A stretch of DNA of 64,000 nucleotides from Nannocystis bainbridge (GTDB taxonomy: Bacteria; Myxococcota_A; Polyangia; Nannocystales; Nannocystaceae), in contig NZ_JAQNDL010000005.1 in NCBI RefSeq assembly GCF_028368995.1, positions 448,001 to 512,000 of the forward strand, read 5' to 3'. The translations under genes and the position numbers were made by a program. The notes under the pieces are model-generated. The model worked only from the letters and a program-made list of their open reading frames with translations. It did not search any database and had not been told where the DNA came from. Positions 19,788 through 29,435 of this stretch are shown here, in pieces. Position 1 is the stretch's first letter. Every line of letters starts with the position of its first letter.

Positions 19788-19867
19788 GCGCGATCGCCCG
19801 GCCCCATTTCGCGAATGGTTATTCGCGAGCAACGTAAAATTTGGACCCCCTCTCGCCAGGCCCCAAG

Positions 19868-21622
19868 ATGGCAGACGAGCTCGGGACAGTGTTCGCGGAT
19901 CACATCATCGCCGCATGCTCGCTCATCGCCCCTTCCTCGGGCCGGACCGGCGATCTGGACTGGCTGCGCGCCACCCACCGAATGCCGGGGGCGTTCTGGG
20001 AATCGCTGTTCCGCGTGCTCGACGACGGCAGGGGCCCGCCGCTCAAGAGCCGGCCCAGCGAGGGCTTCGACCCCTATCACGATATGGTGGTCCGGCATCT
20101 CGGTGCCGATCGAACTGCGCTCCAGATCCACGATCCACGGCTCCCTGAGGGACACCGCTGGCAGTCGTTCTCATTCGACGACCTCCACGCTCGGTGCACG
20201 CTTCGCGCCGCCTCATGGGCCGCCCAGGGCGTCGAACCCGGAGCGATTGTCTGCGTCGTGCTGCCATTCGGTGTCGAATGTGCGATATCGCTGCTGACCG
20301 CGTTGCGCATCGGCGCCCTCGTATCACTGCTCGAGCCCGGGGGCCCCGACCTCCTCGGACGGCGCCTCGAAGCGCTCGCACCCCGGCACATCGCCACCGA
20401 CGCCTTCTATCGACCGTTGCTCGGCCTATTCGCCGATCTGACCCTCGAGCCAGCCGCGAGTCCCCCGCTGTTCGGCGCGCCATCGCGCTGGTATCGCCCC
20501 GGTGAGCCCTGCGCCGCGCTGTTCTCCCCGCTGCGCCGGCCGCCCCACCTGCCGGTCCCGCTCCGCTGCGACGAGCTGTACCTCGGCGCGCTCCGGGACG
20601 GCGCCATGACCTTCGCGTTGCGCCCCGGCGACCGCCTCGCCGCGCCCGGCTTCGATGCGCTGCAGCACCAACCCGCCCTGCTGTTCGCGGCGCTGCTGGC
20701 GGGTGCCACCTATGTGCATATCGAGGCCGAGGAGGCGCTCCGCGACCCCCGGCTTTTGGACGCCTTTCCGCTGCGCAGCCTCGGGCTCGGCGCGCGCATA
20801 TGCGAGCACCTGTTGGGCACGCGCGCCATCGCTCGTCCGCAGTGGTCGCACGTGTTTCGCAACCCCGAGGAGCCGACCGACTGGGAGTCCTGGCGCGAGC
20901 TGATCGACGCGCTGGGCCTGCACGAGACCGCCATGTCCAATGTCGTGCTCGAAGCGGCCGCCGGCGGCTCTCTGCTCGGTTCGCCGCGCCGGCCGGGCAA
21001 GGCCCACCTGGGCGCCCTCATGAACCTCGTCCCCGCCGCCGGTCGGCCGTGGAAGCTGCTGGACTTCACCGGCAGCGGCCAGCCGGCCGTCGGCGACGTC
21101 GGCGTCTTCGCCCCGCTCGCCACGATCGACGCCGACGCCGACACCGACCCGCTCGACCCCCACGTCGTGCTCGGCCTGAGACACGGCGGCGAGTTCCTGT
21201 ACGGCGGCGCCACCGAGCCCCGCCGCAGCGGCCGCGTCTACCCTGTCGACGAGGTGCTCGCAGCCCTCGACGATTGCCCGTTCCTTCACGGCGCCAGCCT
21301 CGTCGCCGTCCCTGCTGGCGGCCCGACCCTCGCGCATCGCTTCGTCCTGCTCGGCTTCACCGGCGACGAGCCGATCGCCAGCTTCGAGGCCCTCCGCACC
21401 GCCCGCATCGACGAGCTGAAGCGGGTGCTGAGCACGCGCCTCACCCCCGACTTCTTGCCCGACGCGATCGAGCTGTTCCCCTGCTTCGCCCGCCTCGCCG
21501 ACGGCGCGGTCGATCACCGGTGGTGCCAATTTCAATTCCATAGCGGGGCCCTGCACGCCAGAGTGCGGACCCCCGTATTTCAGCGGCTGACGGCCCTTCG
21601 CGGCGCACTCGGCCGCGCGTGA
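19868..21622 (+). CDS. Degenerate AMP-binding (acyl-CoA synthetase-fold) protein in the iglF position
   Basis: YHDMVVRHLGADRTAL...SFDDLHAR...QGVEPGAIVCVVLP...LLTALRIGA matches the ACS N-terminal pattern; SGRVYPVDEV near the C-terminus; no YTSGTTG loop. Confidence 0.65.
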   Translation: MADELGTVFADHIIAACSLIAPSSGRTGDLDWLRATHRMPGAFWESLFRVLDDGRGPPLKSRPSEGFDPYHDMVVRHLGADRTALQIHDPRLPEGHRWQSFSFDDLHARCTLRAASWAAQGVEPGAIVCVVLPFGVECAISLLTALRIGALVSLLEPGGPDLLGRRLEALAPRHIATDAFYRPLLGLFADLTLEPAASPPLFGAPSRWYRPGEPCAALFSPLRRPPHLPVPLRCDELYLGALRDGAMTFALRPGDRLAAPGFDALQHQPALLFAALLAGATYVHIEAEEALRDPRLLDAFPLRSLGLGARICEHLLGTRAIARPQWSHVFRNPEEPTDWESWRELIDALGLHETAMSNVVLEAAAGGSLLGSPRRPGKAHLGALMNLVPAAGRPWKLLDFTGSGQPAVGDVGVFAPLATIDADADTDPLDPHVVLGLRHGGEFLYGGATEPRRSGRVYPVDEVLAALDDCPFLHGASLVAVPAGGPTLAHRFVLLGFTGDEPIASFEALRTARIDELKRVLSTRLTPDFLPDAIELFPCFARLADGAVDHRWCQFQFHSGALHARVRTPVFQRLTALRGALGRA

Positions 21623-21644
21623 GCGCGAGGAGGAGGAGGAGACC

Positions 21645-22034
21645 ATGGCCATCGCAGTGTGCATGGGAGCCACCATGATGTGCAGCTTCGGCGTCGCGCC
21701 GGCGAGCCTCGTCGTCCTGCCGACCGGCTCGATGGTGACGCCCGCCGTCCCCTCCGCCAACATCTCCGCCTTCGCCCCGGTCGCCAACGTCCCCCCGTTC
21801 GGCGCCTGCACCTCGATGGCCAACCCCACCGTCGCCGCCGCGACCGCGGCCGCCCTCGGCGTGCTCACGCCGATGCCCTGCGTGCCCATGACCACCTCGC
21901 CGTGGATCCCCGGCACGCCGACCACAATCAACGGGGCCATGCCTGCCGTCGACGCCAGCTGCAAGCTCATGTGCAACTGGGGCGGCTGCATCTCCGTCCT
22001 CAACCCCGGTCAGACGACCCTGATGGTCCAATGA
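21645..22034 (+). CDS. PAAR-like DUF4280 protein (IglG-like spike tip)
   Basis: GATMMCSFG...PFGAC...PCVP...W.PG...LMCNWGGCI....GQ is the DUF4280 pattern with four conserved Cys; GGAGGAG RBS. Confidence 0.9.
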   Translation: MAIAVCMGATMMCSFGVAPASLVVLPTGSMVTPAVPSANISAFAPVANVPPFGACTSMANPTVAAATAAALGVLTPMPCVPMTTSPWIPGTPTTINGAMPAVDASCKLMCNWGGCISVLNPGQTTLMVQ

Positions 22035-23242
22035 TCGAGCCGCTGCCCTCCCCCGGCGAATTGCTGCGCGGCCGGCACTCCGGCGCCGCGACCGTCCGCA
22101 GCGACGCGAACGGCGTCGTCCACAAGCTGCTCGACCTGGCCGACCGCGGCAATTACCTCGAGGCCGCCGCGCAAGCCGCCGAGCTGCTGCAGGGCGCCTC
22201 CGACGACGTGCGCCTCGTCGCCGTCTACTTGGCCGGCCTGTTCGTCGAGCGCGGCGTCCCGGCGCTGCCCGAGCTCCTCGAGGTGGTGGAGAAACTGGGC
22301 GACGAGCCCTCGCGTCCCCTCGCCTCCGCCCTCGAGTGGCTGTTCCGCGCCGTCGTCGAGCGCGTCGCCTTTCACACCACGCAACGCGACGCCACCTGGG
22401 AGTCCTGGCTCCGTGAACTCGACCCCGCCCAGGTCGACGCGCTCGCTACCCGCTGCGATGCCCTCGCCGCCCGCTTCGCCACGGGAGCCGCCGCGCTGCA
22501 GAAGCTCGCGCGCTGGGCCCGCGAGAAGCTGATGCCGGCGGTCGCCCGCGCCAGGAAGAGAGCGCCCCCCGAGCCCGCTCCGGCCGCCCTGCAACCCGCC
22601 CTCGATCCCGAGCCCGAGCGAGGCCCTGCCTGGGACGCCGCCGAGCCCGAGCCCGCAGACGACGAATCCGAGGACGACGAGCACGACGACGCGCTCGAGC
22701 ACGACGAGCACGACGACGAGCACGAGCACGACGACGACGATCCGAGACGCGAGCACGACGAGCGAACCGTGGATCTCGACGAACCTCGCTTCGAGCGAAG
22801 GCGCGGCGAGCGGCCCGTGGCGTCGGACGAAGCTCGCTTCGCGCGGCGACGCGGCGAGCGAGCCATGGAGCTCGACGAGCACAGCCGCGAGCATCGACGC
22901 GGCGAGCGAATCACGGAGTTCGACGAGGCCCGGCGTCCCGAGCGAGCCGTCGTGCTCGACTCACCCGCCCTGCTCGAGCTGCGCGACAAGCTGCACGCGT
23001 TCGAGGTCGTCCTGGCCCGCGGCGAGCTCGACAAGGCCGCCGTGATCGCCCACGACGTCCAGTCGATCCTCGGCAACTTCGATCCCGTCTTCTACTTGCC
23101 CGCGCTGTTCGGCCGCTACTCCGAGCTCCTCCACCACGCCTTCCCCGAGCTCGAAGCGCGCTGGAGCGACACCGCCGACCCGCGGTGGCGGATCCTCGTC
23201 CAGTTCTACCGCACCAACCTCGCCGGCTTCGTCGGCGAGTGA
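22031..23242 (+). CDS. IglI/TssA-like T6SS protein with an acidic repeat-rich linker
   Basis: ATGA overlap with the DUF4280 gene; DVRLVAVYL N-terminal domain; C-terminal KLHAFEVVL...KAAVIAHDV..IL.NFDPVFYLPALF. Confidence 0.65.
   Translation: MIEPLPSPGELLRGRHSGAATVRSDANGVVHKLLDLADRGNYLEAAAQAAELLQGASDDVRLVAVYLAGLFVERGVPALPELLEVVEKLGDEPSRPLASALEWLFRAVVERVAFHTTQRDATWESWLRELDPAQVDALATRCDALAARFATGAAALQKLARWAREKLMPAVARARKRAPPEPAPAALQPALDPEPERGPAWDAAEPEPADDESEDDEHDDALEHDEHDDEHEHDDDDPRREHDERTVDLDEPRFERRRGERPVASDEARFARRRGERAMELDEHSREHRRGERITEFDEARRPERAVVLDSPALLELRDKLHAFEVVLARGELDKAAVIAHDVQSILGNFDPVFYLPALFGRYSELLHHAFPELEARWSDTADPRWRILVQFYRTNLAGFVGE
22660..22950 (+). repeat. Asp/Glu/His tract and ~48-bp degenerate coding repeats inside the IglI-like gene
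   Basis: DDEHDDALEHDEHDDEHEHDDDD followed by about four ER....DE.R..RRRG units. Confidence 0.7.
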
Positions 23243-24474
23243 CGCCGGTTCGCATGCCGCCCGCCGCTCCGACCGCGACCGACCGACTCGCCGCCATCGA
23301 GCAGCGCGTGGTCGCCAGGATCCACGACTTCGAGGTCGGGGCGCTGCTCGATCTGCTGGCGTCGATCGGCTACGGCCCCGGCGAGCTCGAGTTCCGCGCC
23401 CACCCCTCGAACGGCCCCCAGCCCGCGCTGCTGCACGCGATCGCCTTCCCCGACCCGCACGCGCGCGCTCTCGGCCGCGCGCGCGTCGTCATCACCGTCA
23501 ACCTCGGCCTGCTCAGCTGTCGCTCGCCGCTGCCGACCTACTTCCGCCGCCTCTTGCAGGACATGGAAACGCGGGATCCCGTACTCGAGCTGATCGGCGT
23601 GCTCGATCGCTCGCTCCTGCACACCCGCCTCACCAGCGATCGACCGGAGCGCATGCTCGCCGGCTGGGACCGGGTCCGCCGCGACCTCGTGCAGGTCTTC
23701 GGCCTCGACTCCCCGATCGGCCTGACCTGGCTGTTTCGCCAGATCTTCCCGGAGCTCGCGCTGCACGTGCGACGGATCTTCGACGAGCACCCGATCCCCT
23801 ACGACGGCGCCGTGCTCGGCACCTCCGAGCTCGGCGAGTGCTCCTTCGGCGAGTACGCCCGCGTCGGCGTGCACGACATGGAGGTCACCCTGTTCTGCGA
23901 GGACGCGCTCTACCGCGAGCGCATCCCGTGGATCCACGAAGGCGACCGACGATTGCGCAGCTCGGTGTTTCCGCTGCTCGACGAGGTCTGCCTGACCCTG
24001 ACCGTCGTGTTCGTCCTGCTGCGCCACGGTGAGGGCGCCCGCCTCGGTCCCCCCGGCCGCGCCGGCCACAATCCCATGTGGCGCCCCGGCACCGCCCCCG
24101 CGCTGCCGCCCAGCCGCGTCGAGGTCTATCGCGGCACCCTCCCTCGCAACGAACCCGACACCGACCACCTCGAGCGCATCCTCGCCGACGAACTCCCCGC
24201 TTCGCTCACCGTCCTCCCCGCGCCGTCCCCCGCGCATGAAACTCTCGGTCATGCCATCGCCCTTTCGCTGGTCCACCGCGCCCCCGGCGAGCGCCCGCAC
24301 ACCTATCACGTGACTGTGCGCTGGGGCTCGCGCGCGTGGGACCTCGACGAACCGCACGCGATCGACCTGCGCTGCGACGACGTGCCCAAGACGCCCCTGT
24401 CCCGCATCGCTCACCCGCGCCTGTGGGCCAAGCTCCGCGACGCGGCCCGCGCCTCGATCCCCCGAGACATCTAG
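23239..24474 (+). CDS. tssG: T6SS baseplate TssG (IglJ-like) with C-terminal extension
   Basis: GTGA overlap; ITVNLGLLSCRSPLPTYF parallels the TssG GL.G..SPLP.Y motif; SPIGL..LFRQIF. Confidence 0.7.
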   Translation: MTPVRMPPAAPTATDRLAAIEQRVVARIHDFEVGALLDLLASIGYGPGELEFRAHPSNGPQPALLHAIAFPDPHARALGRARVVITVNLGLLSCRSPLPTYFRRLLQDMETRDPVLELIGVLDRSLLHTRLTSDRPERMLAGWDRVRRDLVQVFGLDSPIGLTWLFRQIFPELALHVRRIFDEHPIPYDGAVLGTSELGECSFGEYARVGVHDMEVTLFCEDALYRERIPWIHEGDRRLRSSVFPLLDEVCLTLTVVFVLLRHGEGARLGPPGRAGHNPMWRPGTAPALPPSRVEVYRGTLPRNEPDTDHLERILADELPASLTVLPAPSPAHETLGHAIALSLVHRAPGERPHTYHVTVRWGSRAWDLDEPHAIDLRCDDVPKTPLSRIAHPRLWAKLRDAARASIPRDI

Positions 24475-24475
24475 C

Positions 24476-25879
24476 ATGCGCAACTTTGCGACCTGGCTGC
24501 TGGCCAACGGCCTCTACCATCGGCGACTTCACGCCGCGGACAGGGTCCGCGAGGCGTGGAATCTTTATGTCCATTGGGCCACGGGCGGCGACAAAGCAGC
24601 GATCCAGGCGCTCTCGAAGCTCGCCGAGAGCTTGCTACGCGACTGCACCGACGACAATACAATTTCCACCGTCCACCAGCTCGACCTCGTGTCCTTGAGC
24701 TTCGCCAGCGGCCATCGCGACGTCAAGCCGAAGCACCCCATCGACCAGCTCACCCGAAACAAGGCACGAAAACCCACTCCCGGTACGTTCCAGCTGCAAT
24801 CGTTCAACCCATACGCCTTCAACCGGTGGAGTCCCAAGCGAACTTTCAACCTCGTGTTCGACGTCCGCCATGCGATCGCCGATCCCGATGACATGAAGAA
24901 GGTCATCGAGCTCACCGGAAAGGCCCAGTACGCCTCTCCGACATTGATCCTGCCTCAGAAGGTCGGAGACTGTTTTTCTCTGTGCAACATGATCCTCTCG
25001 CATCGTATGCGGAGCATCGTGTCCCGTGCACCGGTCTTCGGCCAGCTCGCCCTCGCACCATCCAAGCAGGCCCCGATTTACGTGGTCTCGTCCAACCGCT
25101 CGAAGTGGCTCACTGTCAACTTCAAGCCCAAGACCTTTTATGGCAAACTGATCGGCTCACGCCCGATCATCTTCGTCGTCGACGCCGACGAGGGCGAGAG
25201 CTACCTGGACATCCTGAAGGTCTCGGGCCAAGGTGTCGCCCAGAACGTCCACGTCCTGACCTGCGGCGGTGGTTTCGGCATGGGCTGGAACAGGCACTGT
25301 GCGCTGCTCCATGCCAAGCAACTTCGCTTCGAGAAGATCTGGATGTTGGACGACAACGTCGAGCAGATCAAGCAAGGCGGGAAGCCGATCGTCGATCTCG
25401 ATGATCGCTGGATCGGCGACGAGCTCGTCATGCCCCTGTATCCGGGCATCATGCAGCAGGCGCTCGGGTTCAACATCCCGCGCCTCGGGTCGCTCAACTT
25501 CTGCCCGCTCTTCGCCTACTCCAAAGAGGATCTCAGCATGTCTTTCCTGCTCGAGCAACTGCTCGACTGGGCCGCGTACATGAACCCGCCGACGAGCGTG
25601 ATCAAGCTGGACAAGACGCAGATCAAGCCCGACGTCCCGGGAACGCTCCCAAAGAGAATCACCCCGATGGGCATTGTCGCGGCGTTGGGAATGTGGCGAG
25701 ACAAGGACCAGCGGCCCCTCGACCTGAGCGCCAAGAACCTCGGCAGCTACCATATCATGAAGTTCCAGGAGCAAGTGCTCTACGACTGTCTCATATGCCT
25801 GCGCGAGGAGCCCCATGCACTACACGCCATCCTGAACACGTGGTTCGTCGATCTCACGGAGTGGCAGGATTTCCGGTGA
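24476..25879 (+). CDS. Orphan 467-aa protein with a GT-A glycosyltransferase-like domain (TAGT/GREB1-like); candidate effector
   Basis: Starts 1 nt after the tssG stop; lower GC, Lys/Asn-rich; PIYVVSSNRS...IIFVVDADE..SY...GMGWNR...IWMLDDN...KEDL. Confidence 0.6.
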   Translation: MRNFATWLLANGLYHRRLHAADRVREAWNLYVHWATGGDKAAIQALSKLAESLLRDCTDDNTISTVHQLDLVSLSFASGHRDVKPKHPIDQLTRNKARKPTPGTFQLQSFNPYAFNRWSPKRTFNLVFDVRHAIADPDDMKKVIELTGKAQYASPTLILPQKVGDCFSLCNMILSHRMRSIVSRAPVFGQLALAPSKQAPIYVVSSNRSKWLTVNFKPKTFYGKLIGSRPIIFVVDADEGESYLDILKVSGQGVAQNVHVLTCGGGFGMGWNRHCALLHAKQLRFEKIWMLDDNVEQIKQGGKPIVDLDDRWIGDELVMPLYPGIMQQALGFNIPRLGSLNFCPLFAYSKEDLSMSFLLEQLLDWAAYMNPPTSVIKLDKTQIKPDVPGTLPKRITPMGIVAALGMWRDKDQRPLDLSAKNLGSYHIMKFQEQVLYDCLICLREEPHALHAILNTWFVDLTEWQDFR

Positions 25880-26113
25880 TCTCCGGGTCAGGGGGCCAGC
25901 ACGTCCTTGCTGCGGCCCACCGACCTCGCGCTGCTGGTGGATCCGGGGCTGCCCTTTGCCCGCGCCGGCGAGGCAGCTCAGGCAGATCCGGACCCGAGCA
26001 GCCCGACGGATATGCGCGAAGCCGGGCGGCGGTACCCGGAATTTTTTTCTTCACCGATTCGTGTGATCGAGGCGGGCCAGCGCGACTCGACCTGCTATTA
26101 AAAGACGCGAACC

Positions 26114-26710
26114 ATGCATTCCAAGAATCTTCTTACCCTATTGACCTCCATCCTCGTGCTCGGCGTCCCTGCCGTCGTGTTGGCCGCCGTGAGCTGGACC
26201 GCGTACGTCTCCGAGGAGAACGGTGGGCCCTGGGCCTACTGCGGGCCCTCCAGCCAGGCCGCGAGCGGTTTTCAGTGCAGCGGCAGCTACTGCGACAACG
26301 TCCGGCTCCGCTGCGAGACGCTGCCCTTCGGCATCACCGTGACGGGGTACAACGTTTCGAACGCGTTCTCCGAGGAGGACGACGGTCTCGGCACCGTGAC
26401 CTCGGAGGGCTGGTACCGTTACGACGGCGACAATTACCACGTGTGTAATTTCTCGGGCGCGGCCGGCATCCTCACCGGCATCCGCTGCCAGGGGAGTTAC
26501 TGCAACAACATCACGCTCGAGTGCGCGACCCCGACCACGTCGCTCGGCCAGCCCGCCACGCTCACCAGCTGTGAATGGACCGACTACTACTCCGAGGAGG
26601 ACGGCGCGCTGTCGTATCCGGAGGGCGCCAACCGCTTCGTCACCGGGGTCCGCTGCCACGGGAGCTATTGCGACGACAAGAGCTTCTACGTGTGCAGCCT
26701 CGGCACATGA
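26114..26710 (+). CDS. Secreted Cys-rich protein with three internal repeats
   Basis: Signal peptide; three SEE.G...G..C.GSYC(D/N) units. Confidence 0.75.
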   Translation: MHSKNLLTLLTSILVLGVPAVVLAAVSWTAYVSEENGGPWAYCGPSSQAASGFQCSGSYCDNVRLRCETLPFGITVTGYNVSNAFSEEDDGLGTVTSEGWYRYDGDNYHVCNFSGAAGILTGIRCQGSYCNNITLECATPTTSLGQPATLTSCEWTDYYSEEDGALSYPEGANRFVTGVRCHGSYCDDKSFYVCSLGT

Positions 26711-27090
26711 GCAGGACCGCCGGGGTCCGCGCCCGCATCGAGGACGCGGACCTCGTTCGGCGAGCGCGACGGCGCGGCGGTGGCCTGCCTCAATGCGTCT
26801 CTTCCTCCGGAACTCCGGCTCTTGCGAGCCACTGGCAGCCGCGCGCTCCGGAGCGCCGCGCGAGGAACGTCGTCGCACAATCGATCTGCGCCCCGAACCG
26901 GGCGATCTCCCGCTCCGAAATGCTCCCGAAGCTGCGAGACACAGCCGGCTCGGGCGGGCGCTGCCCGACGACGTGGCAGCTCACGCGCTGAGCCGACAGC
27001 GCGGCCTCGGGGGGACTCGAAGGCACCTCTGGATCGGTCATACGCAGCCACGGATCCTCGCACGCTCCGGCCGCCGGAGAAAGCGCCCGG

Positions 27091-28689
27091 TCACGGGCCG
27101 ATCAGATACTTCGTCGCCACCCAGCCCGTGTGCCCGGGCACCTCGACCTCCGACCAGTCGAGCCCGTCGGCCGCCTGCGTGCGGCCCGTGACTCGCACCG
27201 TCGTTCCCGGGGCCAGGCGCTGCCGCTCGCTCGCGCGGGACGGCGCCGCCCGGAGGAACACCCCTCCGCCGCGCGTATTGCCGATCGTCGCCGAGGCCTC
27301 GCCTCTGACCACCGCCGGCACCTGCACCGGCGCCGCGGCCACCGGGCTCGCCGCGGGCGCCGCGGTGGCCAGCCACGCCGACGCCCCCGCGATCGCCAGC
27401 ACCGGCACCGCACCGAGAGCCACGCGCCTCCCCAGCCCGGCCCAGCGCGCCCCGGCGGCCGTCTCGGCGACGACCTGGCCCACGCGCGCGCGCCCGAAGC
27501 CCAGCGCCGCCCCCGTCTTCTCGAGCCACGCCCGCTCGGCCGGCGTCACCGCTCCTGCCACCAATCGCCCGCGCACGTGCCGGCGCAGCCATCGCAGCCG
27601 CAGCGCCTCCGGGCTGCTCTCTCCGGCGACCCCGGCGATCCCTCGCTGCCAGCCTTGACCGGCGACGAACAGATCGATCCCCGTCCGCGCCCGCCGCTCG
27701 CACCACGGGCAGCGCGCGAGCCCGGCGGCGAATGTGTGCACATGTCTCTCGGGACACCTCACCATCGCCCTGCACGCCCGCTCCAGCGCCCGCGCCCACT
27801 CGGCCGCGCTCGGCCGCTCGGACGGCCGCGCGTGCCCCGGCCCGAAGCAGCGGACCAGCAGCGCCCGCAATTCCTCCGGCAGCAATTCGAATGGCAGCGC
27901 CCCGCCGGCCGGCCGGATGCCTGCGACCCCCGGCACCCGCGGGCACATGCCGCGGCGGATCCGGCCCGGGATCCGCTCCACGCTGGCCCCGCCACGGCTC
28001 GATACCAGCTCGCCCTCGAACGGATGGGCGCCGCCGAGGAGCAGCTGGTGAATCAATACCGCCAGCGCGAACCCATCCGAGGCCTGGGTGCGATCGACAT
28101 GCGCGGGATCGCGGCCGAGCAGCTCCGGCGCCGTGTACTCCGGCGTGACGACCTGCGAGCGATGCGTCATGCCAACGCGCGGATCGTGGATCTGAAACGA
28201 ATCCGTATCGATCAGCGTGACCCGCCCCGAGGTCGGCCGTATCAAGATATTCTGCGGCTTGAGATCGCCGATGCAGTGCCCGGTGCGATGGACCCCGGCG
28301 ACGATCCTCGCCAGCCGCGCCGCGACGGCGCACAGATCGCGCTGCGTCAGCCAGCCGGCGACTTGCATCCGCTCGTCCGGCACGATCAGCTGGAACAGCT
28401 CGATCGCCCCGCGCTGCGCCGGCATCACGAACCCCGCGAACGCTCCGTCGCGCGTGTGGAGCGTCGTCACCGGCCACGCCAGCGCGCGGCAGACCAGCCA
28501 CGACGGACGGCCGGCCAGCATCGCTTGCACCTTCTGCGCGCGCGCGGCGGCCTTCTCGGGCCGGTAGATCTTCGCGCACAGCTGCGGACGATCGCGGATC
28601 GCAAACACCGACCCCTCCCCGCCGGCACCGAGCTCTTCACCGAGCTCGACCGGCTCGCCGCGCTCGTCGCAATAGACCGGCGAGGTCAT
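27091..28689 (-). CDS. YegI-like Ser/Thr kinase (TerY-P triad) with C-terminal TM and SH3b-like domain
   Basis: LGAGGEGSVF, AKIY, IGDLKPQNILI, IDTDSFQ, YTAPEL, HPF; C..H.H...CPWC; ends LRAAPS...GTTVRV...W..V...GWVATKYL. Confidence 0.85.
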   Translation of the reverse strand: MTSPVYCDERGEPVELGEELGAGGEGSVFAIRDRPQLCAKIYRPEKAAARAQKVQAMLAGRPSWLVCRALAWPVTTLHTRDGAFAGFVMPAQRGAIELFQLIVPDERMQVAGWLTQRDLCAVAARLARIVAGVHRTGHCIGDLKPQNILIRPTSGRVTLIDTDSFQIHDPRVGMTHRSQVVTPEYTAPELLGRDPAHVDRTQASDGFALAVLIHQLLLGGAHPFEGELVSSRGGASVERIPGRIRRGMCPRVPGVAGIRPAGGALPFELLPEELRALLVRCFGPGHARPSERPSAAEWARALERACRAMVRCPERHVHTFAAGLARCPWCERRARTGIDLFVAGQGWQRGIAGVAGESSPEALRLRWLRRHVRGRLVAGAVTPAERAWLEKTGAALGFGRARVGQVVAETAAGARWAGLGRRVALGAVPVLAIAGASAWLATAAPAASPVAAAPVQVPAVVRGEASATIGNTRGGGVFLRAAPSRASERQRLAPGTTVRVTGRTQAADGLDWSEVEVPGHTGWVATKYLIGP

Positions 28690-29435
28690 GGCACCGGCCG
28701 CCAGGCCAGCGCCAGCGTCTTGTCATCGCCCGAGCTCTTGCGCATCGCCGCGCCGTCGAGCAATTGCACGACCTCCGCGCTGGCCGCCGCGCCGTCGGTG
28801 ACCTCGGCCGCGAATGCGAACAGCGGCGCGAAGAACGGCGAGTACGGCGAAACCTCCGCGCCGCGCACCAGCGCCGCCTCCTGACAGCCGTCGGTGAGCG
28901 CACAGACCCCCGCGATGCCCTCGTGCACCGCGATTCGCAGGCGGGCCTGCCACGCGTCCGACGTCACGAACCATGTCTCGTTGAAGTATTCGCCGCGATC
29001 GGGCGCGCTGAGCACAACGAGCTCACCGCTATCGGCGCGCCGGCCGACCGCCACCCCGTCGCCGAGATGCGCAATCGCCACCCGCTCATCCGAACACACC
29101 ACTGCCACCAGCGTGCACGCCAGCGCCGCCGGAGCGACCCCGATTTCGGCGGCCTCGCGCAGCAGCGCCGCTCGCCCGGCAGTGCACGCGCCCCGCAGCG
29201 CCTCGACCAGCGCCTCGGGTCCGCTCGCCGTCCCGGTCAATGCTGCGACCACCGCCTCCGCCACCACCCGCGCCCCGACCTCCGCATGCGACGCCGAGCC
29301 CGCGCCGTCGCACAGGCACAGGCACGCCCCGTGCGCCCCGAACGGCCCCTGCGCCCACGCGTCCTGGCCGGGCGAGCCCTCGCGTTCGTGCTCCGGGCCC
29401 CGCACCGACGCGCCGACCACCTGCCACGAGATCAC
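28686..29435 (-). CDS. PP2C-like phosphatase (YegK-like)
   Basis: GASVRGPEH...GQD, CDGAGSA, ACTL, HLGDG, GEYFNETWF, TDG and DDKTL; GTG start overlaps the vWA stop. Confidence 0.88.
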   Translation of the reverse strand: MISWQVVGASVRGPEHEREGSPGQDAWAQGPFGAHGACLCLCDGAGSASHAEVGARVVAEAVVAALTGTASGPEALVEALRGACTAGRAALLREAAEIGVAPAALACTLVAVVCSDERVAIAHLGDGVAVGRRADSGELVVLSAPDRGEYFNETWFVTSDAWQARLRIAVHEGIAGVCALTDGCQEAALVRGAEVSPYSPFFAPLFAFAAEVTDGAAASAEVVQLLDGAAMRKSSGDDKTLALAWRPVP

